DNA of 64,000 bases from a virus. Its lineage: Duplodnaviria; Caudoviricetes. Below, piece after piece: positions 45,154-54,030 of the stretch (position 1 is the first letter of the stretch; each line of letters starts with the position of its first letter). The position numbers and the translations under genes are program-made. The notes under the pieces are model-generated. The model was not told the origin of the DNA and made no database searches. It worked only from the letters and a program-made list of their open reading frames with translations. Location of the stretch: positions 1 through 64,000 of IMG/VR virus record IMGVR_UViG_3300031994_000044; one strand, 5' to 3'.

Positions 45154-47511
45154 TTATTTTAATCTTGAAATATTACATTCCTTTATAATTGTTATTGTAT
45201 CAGTATACCAATCTAAATCAATATGGCATATATTTAATACAAAATCATAATATTCAGCAATCTTATCATAAAGTTTTTTCATACTATCATAATTTTCTTT
45301 TGCTACGGCCCCTAAAACTTCATCCAATAATATAAATGGCGGTCTTGATAATTTAGATAGTTTACCAAGAACGACACGCAATGCCAATGATGCTTGCGTT
45401 TTTTCAAGCCCAGAAGCGGCGGAAAGCCTTGTCTTAACATCGTCTCTTATTAGCAAGAAATCAATGTCGTTTTTCTCGTTCATGGTTATTTCAATGTTGA
45501 AATCAGCAACCTCATCAAGAAGTCTATTCAATTCACCGTTAATAATAGGTAATGTATGACGCAAAACCATCTTGCTAATTCCGTCTTTACCTATCATTTG
45601 TAAATAGAGTTTCCAATATTTTTCTGTTTTTCTTTCTTCGTCTATTTTAACTATAAAACTATTTTTTTGTGCAATGGTTTCTGTCGCTCTTGTTATCTCT
45701 TTTTCATTTCTAGTTATTGTGTCGTTTGAGTCTTTTTTGATTTTCTCTTCAGTTTTAATATTGGTGTTAAGAACATTCACCTGAGCGTCTATTTCGCCAT
45801 TTTTAGTTATAGCCTCTTTGCTTTTATTTACTTCAGCAAGCAATTGTGTCTGCTCTTTATACTCCAATCTCATGGAAGTAATATCGGACTTTATTGTTGC
45901 AATTTTTAATTCAAGTTTTGCTTTCTCTTGTGATTGCTTTCTCTTTTCCTCAATATCAGCAAGCAACTTTTCAACCTCGTCAAATCTGTTTTTGGCTGCA
46001 ATACCTTCTTTTGTGAAGATTTCTATATTATTTTTGTTTTCAGCAATAAGACCTGAATTATCAACATTATCCAATTTTCTCTTGCAAGTTGGACAATATT
46101 CGGCTTTCTCTAAATTTGAATTTGTGTCATTTAAATGCTTTATATTGGCCTTTAACTCTGAAATTTTACTTATAAGTTGTGCCTTTTCAGTATTGAGACT
46201 CTTGTATTCTTCTTCCGAATAATCAATATCCTTGTATTTGCTTAATTCATTGGTGAAATATTCAGATTCTTTATTTTTCTTTTTTCCTTCTTCAACAATA
46301 TTTTTTATTTTGGCTTCAAGCGTGGTTACATTGATTTTCAGCAAAGATGGGTCCACCTGTTGTTTTGAAGAAAGCAATATGTCCCTTGTGTTATTGTATT
46401 CAGTTATTTTCTTTTCACACTCGGAAATTATTGCTTTGTTTTTCTCATTTTCATTAAAAAAGTCTGTTTTTGTTTCTTCAAGGGCCTTTATTTCTTCTTC
46501 AAGTTGTACCTTATTATACATGTCAGAATAACGTCCGACAGAAATTTCTTTGTTCCATTTTTCTCTCGCCTTTACATCTTTGTCTTCAATAACAGACAAA
46601 CCAATCCATCGGGCAAGAAGCCTTCCCTTTTCGGTTTCAGTCAATGAAATTAAACTATCAAGGTCCTTTGCATTAGCACTTATAATTAAGTCAAAATCAC
46701 TTTCAGTTCCAAGGGCCTCTTTAATGATTGCACTCGTTTCCTTTGCCGATGCTCCTTGTTGATTTTCGTCAGACAGTAATTCCTCAGTGCCGTCACTAAG
46801 TACCTTGTAATATTCGACCTTATTTGATATGGTTTTTGTCTTTTTACCGTTGGCAGGTCTTGTTAATGTTCTTTTAATAATGTAATCCTCGCCATCAATG
46901 TTTATACATCCTTCAACATTAAGTGTTCTTTCATCAGGCAAATAGTTGTTAAACAATTCGCTAAGAGTTTTAGCCTTATCTGTATTTGTTTTTCCGAACA
47001 GCAAAAAATGTAAAATGTCATAGGCAAATGTAGATTTACCACTTTTATTAGCTGGTTCGCCATTTAAAAGAACTAATCCATGTAATTTTGTAAAATCAAA
47101 AAAGTTATCAGGGCCATAACTTAAAAAGTTGTCCCATTTAACCCACTTAATCACATATGTTTTGGCCTTATTATATAAGGTATAGTCAATAAGAGCGTTT
47201 ATTTGACTGTCAATCTTTATAATCTCATTAAAATCAACATCTTCAATCTTGTTTTCAACAATATATTGTTTCATTAATTCTTGCTGAAATTTTGGCTCAT
47301 TGATATTTTGTATTGAATCAGAAACAAGAGCGTCATTACCACTTGAAGTTATATATTTAGGTTTGACGGTAATATTCTTTGACGGTATACCATACTTGGA
47401 AGCCATCATGGAAATTATACTCTTTTCCAACTCCTTTGAATAGTTTGTCGGTGCAACATTCCACTCAATGCAAACCTTTGCATCTTGACCTATTTCTATT
47501 TTCTTTCCCAT
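45154..47511 (-). CDS. SbcC/Rad50-like ATPase (gp46-like)
   Basis: KSGKS Walker A, CPTC zinc hook, SGLE signature, ILLDEV Walker B. Confidence 0.92.
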   Translation of the reverse strand: MGKKIEIGQDAKVCIEWNVAPTNYSKELEKSIISMMASKYGIPSKNITVKPKYITSSGNDALVSDSIQNINEPKFQQELMKQYIVENKIEDVDFNEIIKIDSQINALIDYTLYNKAKTYVIKWVKWDNFLSYGPDNFFDFTKLHGLVLLNGEPANKSGKSTFAYDILHFLLFGKTNTDKAKTLSELFNNYLPDERTLNVEGCINIDGEDYIIKRTLTRPANGKKTKTISNKVEYYKVLSDGTEELLSDENQQGASAKETSAIIKEALGTESDFDLIISANAKDLDSLISLTETEKGRLLARWIGLSVIEDKDVKAREKWNKEISVGRYSDMYNKVQLEEEIKALEETKTDFFNENEKNKAIISECEKKITEYNNTRDILLSSKQQVDPSLLKINVTTLEAKIKNIVEEGKKKNKESEYFTNELSKYKDIDYSEEEYKSLNTEKAQLISKISELKANIKHLNDTNSNLEKAEYCPTCKRKLDNVDNSGLIAENKNNIEIFTKEGIAAKNRFDEVEKLLADIEEKRKQSQEKAKLELKIATIKSDITSMRLEYKEQTQLLAEVNKSKEAITKNGEIDAQVNVLNTNIKTEEKIKKDSNDTITRNEKEITRATETIAQKNSFIVKIDEERKTEKYWKLYLQMIGKDGISKMVLRHTLPIINGELNRLLDEVADFNIEITMNEKNDIDFLLIRDDVKTRLSAASGLEKTQASLALRVVLGKLSKLSRPPFILLDEVLGAVAKENYDSMKKLYDKIAEYYDFVLNICHIDLDWYTDTITIIKECNISRLK

Positions 47512-47512
47512 A

Positions 47513-47926
47513 TTATATTAAAATTCTAACTTTCTTGGATTTTGTTATTTTCTTTTCTTCTTCTGATTTTTTTTCTTCCGAAGTAACAGTTTCTTTTGAT
47601 TGTTCTATTTTAGCCAACACTTCGAATCCTTTTGGCTCTGACATTGGTTGTACTGGTATGATTTCATTTGCTGTTGGCATTGCTGGTATTTTGTGAATGT
47701 CAATAACTAAATTTTTACTTGGTAATTCTTCATTAATCTGTTCGTTTTTCTGCACATTTATATGCTCGTTCTCTATAACGCCAAACGGTATGTCACCATA
47801 TTTCAGTTCATTTAATGCCTTTTTAATTAAGTCATTACATAATGCAGATGGCTTGCGACCATTTAGGTCACAATATTGTTTAATTTCATTATATAAATCA
47901 TCATTTATTGATATGTTGTGTGCCAT
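47513..47926 (-). CDS. hypothetical protein, N-terminal ribbon-helix-helix-like
   Basis: ISINDDLYNEIKQYC. Confidence 0.65.
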   Translation of the reverse strand: MAHNISINDDLYNEIKQYCDLNGRKPSALCNDLIKKALNELKYGDIPFGVIENEHINVQKNEQINEELPSKNLVIDIHKIPAMPTANEIIPVQPMSEPKGFEVLAKIEQSKETVTSEEKKSEEEKKITKSKKVRILI

Positions 47927-48024
47927 TTATTCTATAATTTTATTTAATATACAAAATTTTATTCTTTTTTGCAAATTTTATTTACAATAATCATCTTATT
48001 TTTAATTTTTAGCAAAAAGAACCT

Positions 48025-48822
48025 ATGGAAAAAAATGAATATATATACCCAAGAACAATACTTGGACTTGATGTAAGTACAACTTGCATCGGCGTGTGCG
48101 TTGTTAAAGACAATGGTGATGCAGATAAGCCTGAATTACTGTATATCGGCCATATAACACCAAAAATATCAAGAAAAGTAAAAGGCATTGAATCTTTGTT
48201 TCTGAAAAAACAAATTTTTGAAACAGAATTTCTACCTAATATCTTAGAAAAATATAAAATAACCGATGTTATTATAGAAGAACCCTTATTATCTTCAAAT
48301 AATGTAAATACCGTTGCAACATTGCTTAGGTTTAACGGTATGATTTCAGAATCAATATACAAATTACTTTCTATTGTTCCAAATTTTATTTCCTCATATG
48401 ATGCAAGACTCTATTCTTTCCCCGAATTGGTGTCTGTTAGGAAATACAACAAAAAAGGTGAAGAATATCCTTTAAAACACATTAAAAAGGCAATTGAAGA
48501 TAATAAAGCGGTCTTATTTGGCGCATATCCTTTTGATGTTGATAAGAAAACAGTTATGATGAACATGGTAAATGAAATGTACCATGACGGAGAAATTGAA
48601 TGGCTCTATAACAAAAACGGAGAATTGAAAAAAGAGAATTTCGATGCTTGTGATTCACTCATTTGCGCTTTGGCCTACATAAACATAAACCATCATGGAC
48701 TTGAAGCAGTTAAAATTGACAATGTATCTTATTCAGAAACTTCGGAAAATAAAACAAAAATTGATTATGTTACCAAAATTTGGGATAAAATATATAATAA
48801 AACTATAATACTTGAAAACTGA
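48025..48822 (+). CDS. RuvC-like Holliday junction resolvase
   Basis: LGLDVSTTCIG, IIEEP, FDACDS. Confidence 0.8.
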   Translation: MEKNEYIYPRTILGLDVSTTCIGVCVVKDNGDADKPELLYIGHITPKISRKVKGIESLFLKKQIFETEFLPNILEKYKITDVIIEEPLLSSNNVNTVATLLRFNGMISESIYKLLSIVPNFISSYDARLYSFPELVSVRKYNKKGEEYPLKHIKKAIEDNKAVLFGAYPFDVDKKTVMMNMVNEMYHDGEIEWLYNKNGELKKENFDACDSLICALAYININHHGLEAVKIDNVSYSETSENKTKIDYVTKIWDKIYNKTIILEN

Positions 48823-48825
48823 CAT

Positions 48826-48852
48826 ACTCCCACGATTGAAATCGTGGGGTTC
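48826..48852. repeat. IS200/IS605-end-like hairpin
   Basis: CCCACGAT-TGAA-ATCGTGGG, similar to hairpin at about 39443-39460. Confidence 0.45.
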
Positions 48853-48965
48853 TTAACTTTTGGCAATTATATACCAGTTAACACAAATATACAATTTTTT
48901 CTTGAAAATTCCAAACCTGCCACTATTTATTAGAGAGCAATAAAAAGAATATAATAAATAAAAAC

Positions 48966-49760
48966 ATGGCAAGAAATAACCAAAAACTTATCAACTTCCA
49001 CACAAGCGGCAATACAGAAGTGCCGTTGGAATCATTGTTCTACGGCGAAATCGCCGTAAGACACTGTTCAGGCGATTCAGCCGCTGAACTTATTATCAAA
49101 AACTCGGAAAACACAAGCGCTGTTTTCGTTGAAACGGCAAAAATGTGCATCGACTGCGGAACTTGGGACGGCGGAGATTCACACGAATATGTCGACCTTG
49201 GATTGCCTTCGGGTAAAAAATGGGCAACCTGCAATATAGGTGCTGAAAACCCCGAAGATGCAGGTTTGTATTTTCAATGGGGCGACACTCAAGGATATAC
49301 CGCTGCACAGGTAGGTACGGGAAAGATATTTGACTGGGAGCACTACAAATACAGCAACGATGATGGCTCTCAAATGACCAGATACAATTCAACAGATGGA
49401 CTCACTGAATTGTTGCCTGAGGATGATGCTGCGACAGCAAATTGGGGCAGTGAATGGAAGATGCCTACATTGGCTGATATAGAGGAATTGACAACCGAGA
49501 CCACTTATAGTGTTGATACCGTCAATAATGTGTCAGGTATGAGATTCACTGGTAATGGCAATAGTATTTTTGTTCCTTTTGCTGGTGACGCTAACGGCAG
49601 TAATGTCAGTGACGTTGGCAGGGAAGGCTACTGTTGGTCAAGTTCTCTTAGTAGTGGGAGCATTAATAACGCTCATAGTCTTATCAATAATCAGGGGGAT
49701 GCCTTCGCCGACCTCAGCGACCGTTACTTCGGCTTCTGTGTGCGTCCTGTGCGTGTTTAG
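48966..49760 (+). CDS. YxDLGLPSG / C-type-lectin-fold protein, possible DGR target
   Basis: HEYVDLGLPSGKKWATCNIGA...CWSS...RYFGFCVRPV. Confidence 0.8.
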   Translation: MARNNQKLINFHTSGNTEVPLESLFYGEIAVRHCSGDSAAELIIKNSENTSAVFVETAKMCIDCGTWDGGDSHEYVDLGLPSGKKWATCNIGAENPEDAGLYFQWGDTQGYTAAQVGTGKIFDWEHYKYSNDDGSQMTRYNSTDGLTELLPEDDAATANWGSEWKMPTLADIEELTTETTYSVDTVNNVSGMRFTGNGNSIFVPFAGDANGSNVSDVGREGYCWSSSLSSGSINNAHSLINNQGDAFADLSDRYFGFCVRPVRV

Positions 49761-49829
49761 AACCAATAAAAACAAACAAAAGAACAACTTATAAAAATGG
49801 GGTGACAATAATTTGCCACCCTTTCTTTT

Positions 49830-50828
49830 TCATGATAAGAAAAAGCTGTTGTTTTTCATTCTTATCTTATATTTAGTTAATCCAGTATACTCAACTAATT
49901 CATCTTCAAGCCGTTTTCTTCTGTCACTCATTTTACTGAAATCACCTATAAAAATTGCTCTCTTTAATTTGTTTTTCTTTGAATATTTTTCAAGAAGATT
50001 GTAAAATCTAATTGCGTCTTCGGGTGTTTTACAAAATATTAGGTCAATATGCCCATAATCTGATTTCATTACCACCTTATTCTTATATGTACAAATCATC
50101 TTGTTTTCATACTCGTCTCTAAAACCATCAAGTAATAGGTTTTGAAACACCCATAAAAATGTTTTCCTATCACTCTTCTTGTCATATCCCCATACCCAAA
50201 ACTTTTCTTCCTTGAAATATCTGAATTTATCCAAAATAATCCATCCTTCGGCATTTGTCTTATGCTCTACCAAAACACCATATTCATTTGATAACATGGA
50301 AGATTCTTTATTCTCGTTTTTTTCAATAAGAATGTATTCGTCTATTGAATTTTTCAAACGATTATTCCCATATGAATTTATTGGAAATATGATATTTTTA
50401 TTGTTTTCCTTTAATTCGTTGAATTTTTCATATGCATCTTTCACATTACGGTATTTGCCCATTAATTTGTTTTGCTTTCCGTTTTTGCAGGATATTATTT
50501 TGTATGCAAATGGCGGGAATGGAGCATATCCTCGCTTTTTGGGCGGTAATTTCTTTTTCTTTTTATATTTCTTTTTCGGCCCTGGTTTTTTTGGACGGCC
50601 AACGGGCCTTTTGTGCTTCTTTTTCTCGGCTTCACGCTCTTTGCGCTTCTTTTCCTTCTCTTTTTCTTTTTGCTTTAATTTTTCCTTTAGTTTTTTTGCC
50701 TTTTTACACCTTTTATAATATTCCTTTAGGCCCTTCTCCCTTTTTTCTTTGATAACACGCTTCCTGTACTCAGAAATCTTTCTGCGTCTCTCTCTTTCCT
50801 TTTCTGATATTTCTAAATTTTCTTCCAT
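49830..50828 (-). CDS. basic protein with AT-hook-like motif
   Basis: KRPVGRPKKPGPKKK; start moved to MEENLEI. Confidence 0.75.
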   Translation of the reverse strand: MEENLEISEKERERRRKISEYRKRVIKEKREKGLKEYYKRCKKAKKLKEKLKQKEKEKEKKRKEREAEKKKHKRPVGRPKKPGPKKKYKKKKKLPPKKRGYAPFPPFAYKIISCKNGKQNKLMGKYRNVKDAYEKFNELKENNKNIIFPINSYGNNRLKNSIDEYILIEKNENKESSMLSNEYGVLVEHKTNAEGWIILDKFRYFKEEKFWVWGYDKKSDRKTFLWVFQNLLLDGFRDEYENKMICTYKNKVVMKSDYGHIDLIFCKTPEDAIRFYNLLEKYSKKNKLKRAIFIGDFSKMSDRRKRLEDELVEYTGLTKYKIRMKNNSFFLS

Positions 50829-50907
50829 ATTTGCAATATTTAAAAAATATTTGTATATTTCTTTCAAAAATATAATAAAATAAATAATTTAATAAATAAA
50901 ATTTTTT

Positions 50908-51396
50908 ATGAAATACACTAAAGCAACTGATGAAACCATGGAAATGGTTAAAGACATTTCAAGCAAATTGGGGCTTGATGTTTATGGAGTGGTATTTGAA
51001 CCAATTTATGTTAAAAAAGCCAAAGAAGTATGTAAGGTTGTTAAAGCAAATGATTTTACACAATATAAAACCAATGAGGATTTATTGGTGTTTGTTGTTT
51101 GTTATGAAGATTTTTTTGAAGGTATTGACCCTATGGGCCATGCATATGCAAGTGAAACTGATAAATATAAAGCACTTAGATTGGCAATGGAACAAGTTTC
51201 TTTTAATCCTGAAAAAGATAAACTAATAATTGGATGTGATTCTGTTGTTTTACCCATAGGGTATTGTTTAGCAAACGAAGACGCTGTTAAATCTGCTTTT
51301 TACAATGCGACTATTTTGTCTAAGATACAGCAAGATAAGAAAGATGAAGAAGAACGAAGAAAAGCGCTTAAAACAAACACAAAGAAAAAGAATTAA
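50908..51396 (+). CDS. hypothetical protein
   Basis: 162 aa; bidirectional terminator 51399-51428. Confidence 0.75.
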   Translation: MKYTKATDETMEMVKDISSKLGLDVYGVVFEPIYVKKAKEVCKVVKANDFTQYKTNEDLLVFVVCYEDFFEGIDPMGHAYASETDKYKALRLAMEQVSFNPEKDKLIIGCDSVVLPIGYCLANEDAVKSAFYNATILSKIQQDKKDEEERRKALKTNTKKKN

Positions 51397-51454
51397 TTAA
51401 AAAAGGGTGGCGAAAATCGTCACCCTTTGATTTTTATTAACTTTGGTGTATTGA

Positions 51455-52717
51455 TTACCATTCACCACAGTCAATTACTATTGCACTTAAATCAAGTGTT
51501 GCAGTACCGCCAGTGGTGTAATTAGCAATAACACCGCATTGTGTGGATTGAGTACCAGTTGATGAGGCACCTGTACCTGTTAACTCAAAGCCTTGTAATG
51601 CTTCATTCCACTTTGTTTTATCAGCAGTTGTTACATGGACATTGGTATCACCTATATGTTGTGTTATTGCAGTAGCAGCATCGTTCCAAGTTGTTTTGTC
51701 TGTTGTTGTTACGTGAATTGTAGTATCAGCAGTATGTGCTGTTACTGTTGTATATGCTGCATAACCTGAAGCGGCGTTAGTTCTAATCTCAGCAAGGTCT
51801 GTAATGGCATCTTGTTTACCACTCCATGTTGTTTTGTCTTCAGCTGTTACGTGGATTATGGTATTAGCAGTATGTGCTGTTAATGTATCGTTAATACCTT
51901 GTACAGTACCTGTTGTTGCATAAGTTGCACTTAATGCATCAATCTCACCATTAACATACTCTTTTGTTGCATATGTACTTAAATCAATTGTACCACCAAG
52001 TGCATCCCATCCACTACCGGTCCATGCATAATTGGTTCCCGCTGGTGTATCACCATGTGCTGCAACAACATTCCAAACGTCACCAGTTTTATTATCAGTA
52101 GATGGTAATTCTCCATAAGTGGCTTTTGAACCTTTATATGTATAAACTGTTGAAAGTGTATCATAGACATAATTTGCAATATAACCACTAACAGTATCTG
52201 TATAAGCTGTTGCATCAGTATATGCTTTAGAAGATGCTGTATTCGCATAAGTTACAGCGTTATTATATGCATTGCCAGAACCTGCATTTGCATATTCTAT
52301 TGTTGCATAATTGTATTCTTCAATCTGAGTTTTAACGTCATCTGTTGTTAAGTGTATTGTACTATCACCAGTATGTGCATACAATGCAGTTGCAATATAA
52401 CCACTAACGGTATCTGTATAACCATTTGCGTCTGTTACCGCTTCGGTATAAGCATTAGCAGAAGCACCATTTACATATTCTATGGTAGCATAAGTGCCTG
52501 TTAAGGCTTGTGTAATCATATTAGCAACAGCAGCACTTTCAATAAAAATAGCCTGTGATGCGGATTCATCATTACTACCAGTTTTAATTATCAACTGTGC
52601 GTTACCATCGGCTGAGTGTTTTACAGCAATTTCACCGATTTTCAATTCAGATAATTGGCTTGAGCCAAACTCGGTCGTACCATGATAATTAATTAATTTT
52701 TGCGATTTTCTTGCCAT
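51455..52717 (-). CDS. tail fibre-like protein
   Basis: A/T-rich; repeated HxxDxxIHVTxxDKxxW, YATIEY repeats, YKGS...GDVWNV...WDALGG. Confidence 0.75.
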   Translation of the reverse strand: MARKSQKLINYHGTTEFGSSQLSELKIGEIAVKHSADGNAQLIIKTGSNDESASQAIFIESAAVANMITQALTGTYATIEYVNGASANAYTEAVTDANGYTDTVSGYIATALYAHTGDSTIHLTTDDVKTQIEEYNYATIEYANAGSGNAYNNAVTYANTASSKAYTDATAYTDTVSGYIANYVYDTLSTVYTYKGSKATYGELPSTDNKTGDVWNVVAAHGDTPAGTNYAWTGSGWDALGGTIDLSTYATKEYVNGEIDALSATYATTGTVQGINDTLTAHTANTIIHVTAEDKTTWSGKQDAITDLAEIRTNAASGYAAYTTVTAHTADTTIHVTTTDKTTWNDAATAITQHIGDTNVHVTTADKTKWNEALQGFELTGTGASSTGTQSTQCGVIANYTTGGTATLDLSAIVIDCGEW

Positions 52718-52812
52718 TTTTTATTCTTTTTGTTTAGTTTATTATCATTATAATTATAAATAGTGTAAATTTTAGAAAAAAAAAATTAAGACTTTTTTTT
52801 AACTTTTTAACA

Positions 52813-54024
52813 TCATTGTTTTACACCATTGATATAAAGTCCGTCTTTTTTAATTTCCAATTTTCCGCTTCCATCAGAATTTGATAATTTGATTGTTCCA
52901 TTTATTAATGAAATAAAGGACCCACTTTTATCCAAATATTTAAAACCATTATTAGCCAATGTTAAACCTTGGTTTGATTCTGTAGTTTTTAACTTGTTTT
53001 CTGAAGACAATATCCTAATATTATATGTATCCTCACCAATCCTTGAAATAATATCATAAGTTCCATCTTCATTATCAATTGTTTCTGTTTCAAGAACTGT
53101 TTCATTTTCTGCCATGGCTGATTTTCTATTTATTACGGTTTCTTGTGAATCTTCTCGTGCATTGTCGTTAAAAAGTTCAATTCCTGGAATATAACGCTCG
53201 ACTTCTTCGGCAAGTTCCATGACATTATCTGATAAGCCAATAATTCTTTGGTTTATATCAACGATTTCATTGTTTAATGAATTATTTATATCTTCAATTC
53301 TACCATTTTGGGCTGATATATCTGCTCTTAAATTGGTGATATCATCTGTATTGCGTTCAACTCTATCATTTATTGTTCTTTCAAATTCACGAATTTCAGT
53401 ACCTTCAATAAGTTCTTGCAAAGCACTTATTGGTATTTCGTTATTGATTGTGGTCATAATGTCTTCGGTAGCTTGATTGGTAATATCAGTCAATCTACGG
53501 TTAATAATATTATTGGTGTTATCGGCCAATTCCTTTTGCGCTTGTCTTACTCTGGCGTTAACATCACGGTTAAATATTTCCAATGTTTGGTTTACTGAAG
53601 CCTTAAAATTGTTTACATCACTTTTTACATCTTGGGTTGTGTCAGAAACTTCAACAACAATATAATTTTTTAATTTATCTAAAACTTCTTTGTCAATAGC
53701 ATTATTATCTTGTGGCAAAGTTGCCCCGTCCTTACCAGTTAACATTATATATGATTTATTGCTATTGTCAGGGTGATAATAATTTGAATAATCGCCTTCA
53801 ATATGTATTGAAAAATTTTCATAAATCAAATTACTTAATTGGTTAAAATAATCTTCATAAGTTGAAGCGTCCCATGTTGAAATTTCTCCGACAATTTGTT
53901 CCAAATCGCTATTGGCGGTTATTCTATTGGCTATACATGGGCCATTTGTTTTTGGAGTCCATAAATAGCCATAATCAGTATCGGTTATCTTCCAACTAAA
54001 AACTATTGTATTGTTATTTGCCAT
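52813..54024 (-). CDS. coiled-coil structural protein
   Basis: 403 aa, central heptads, beta-rich C-terminus. Confidence 0.7.
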   Translation of the reverse strand: MANNNTIVFSWKITDTDYGYLWTPKTNGPCIANRITANSDLEQIVGEISTWDASTYEDYFNQLSNLIYENFSIHIEGDYSNYYHPDNSNKSYIMLTGKDGATLPQDNNAIDKEVLDKLKNYIVVEVSDTTQDVKSDVNNFKASVNQTLEIFNRDVNARVRQAQKELADNTNNIINRRLTDITNQATEDIMTTINNEIPISALQELIEGTEIREFERTINDRVERNTDDITNLRADISAQNGRIEDINNSLNNEIVDINQRIIGLSDNVMELAEEVERYIPGIELFNDNAREDSQETVINRKSAMAENETVLETETIDNEDGTYDIISRIGEDTYNIRILSSENKLKTTESNQGLTLANNGFKYLDKSGSFISLINGTIKLSNSDGSGKLEIKKDGLYINGVKQ

Positions 54025-54030
54025 TGTAAA

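Noticed and set aside
48009-48362. Antisense ORF and other opposite-strand track ORFs inside large genes
   Set aside because: Overlap well-supported genes and lack motifs or leaders
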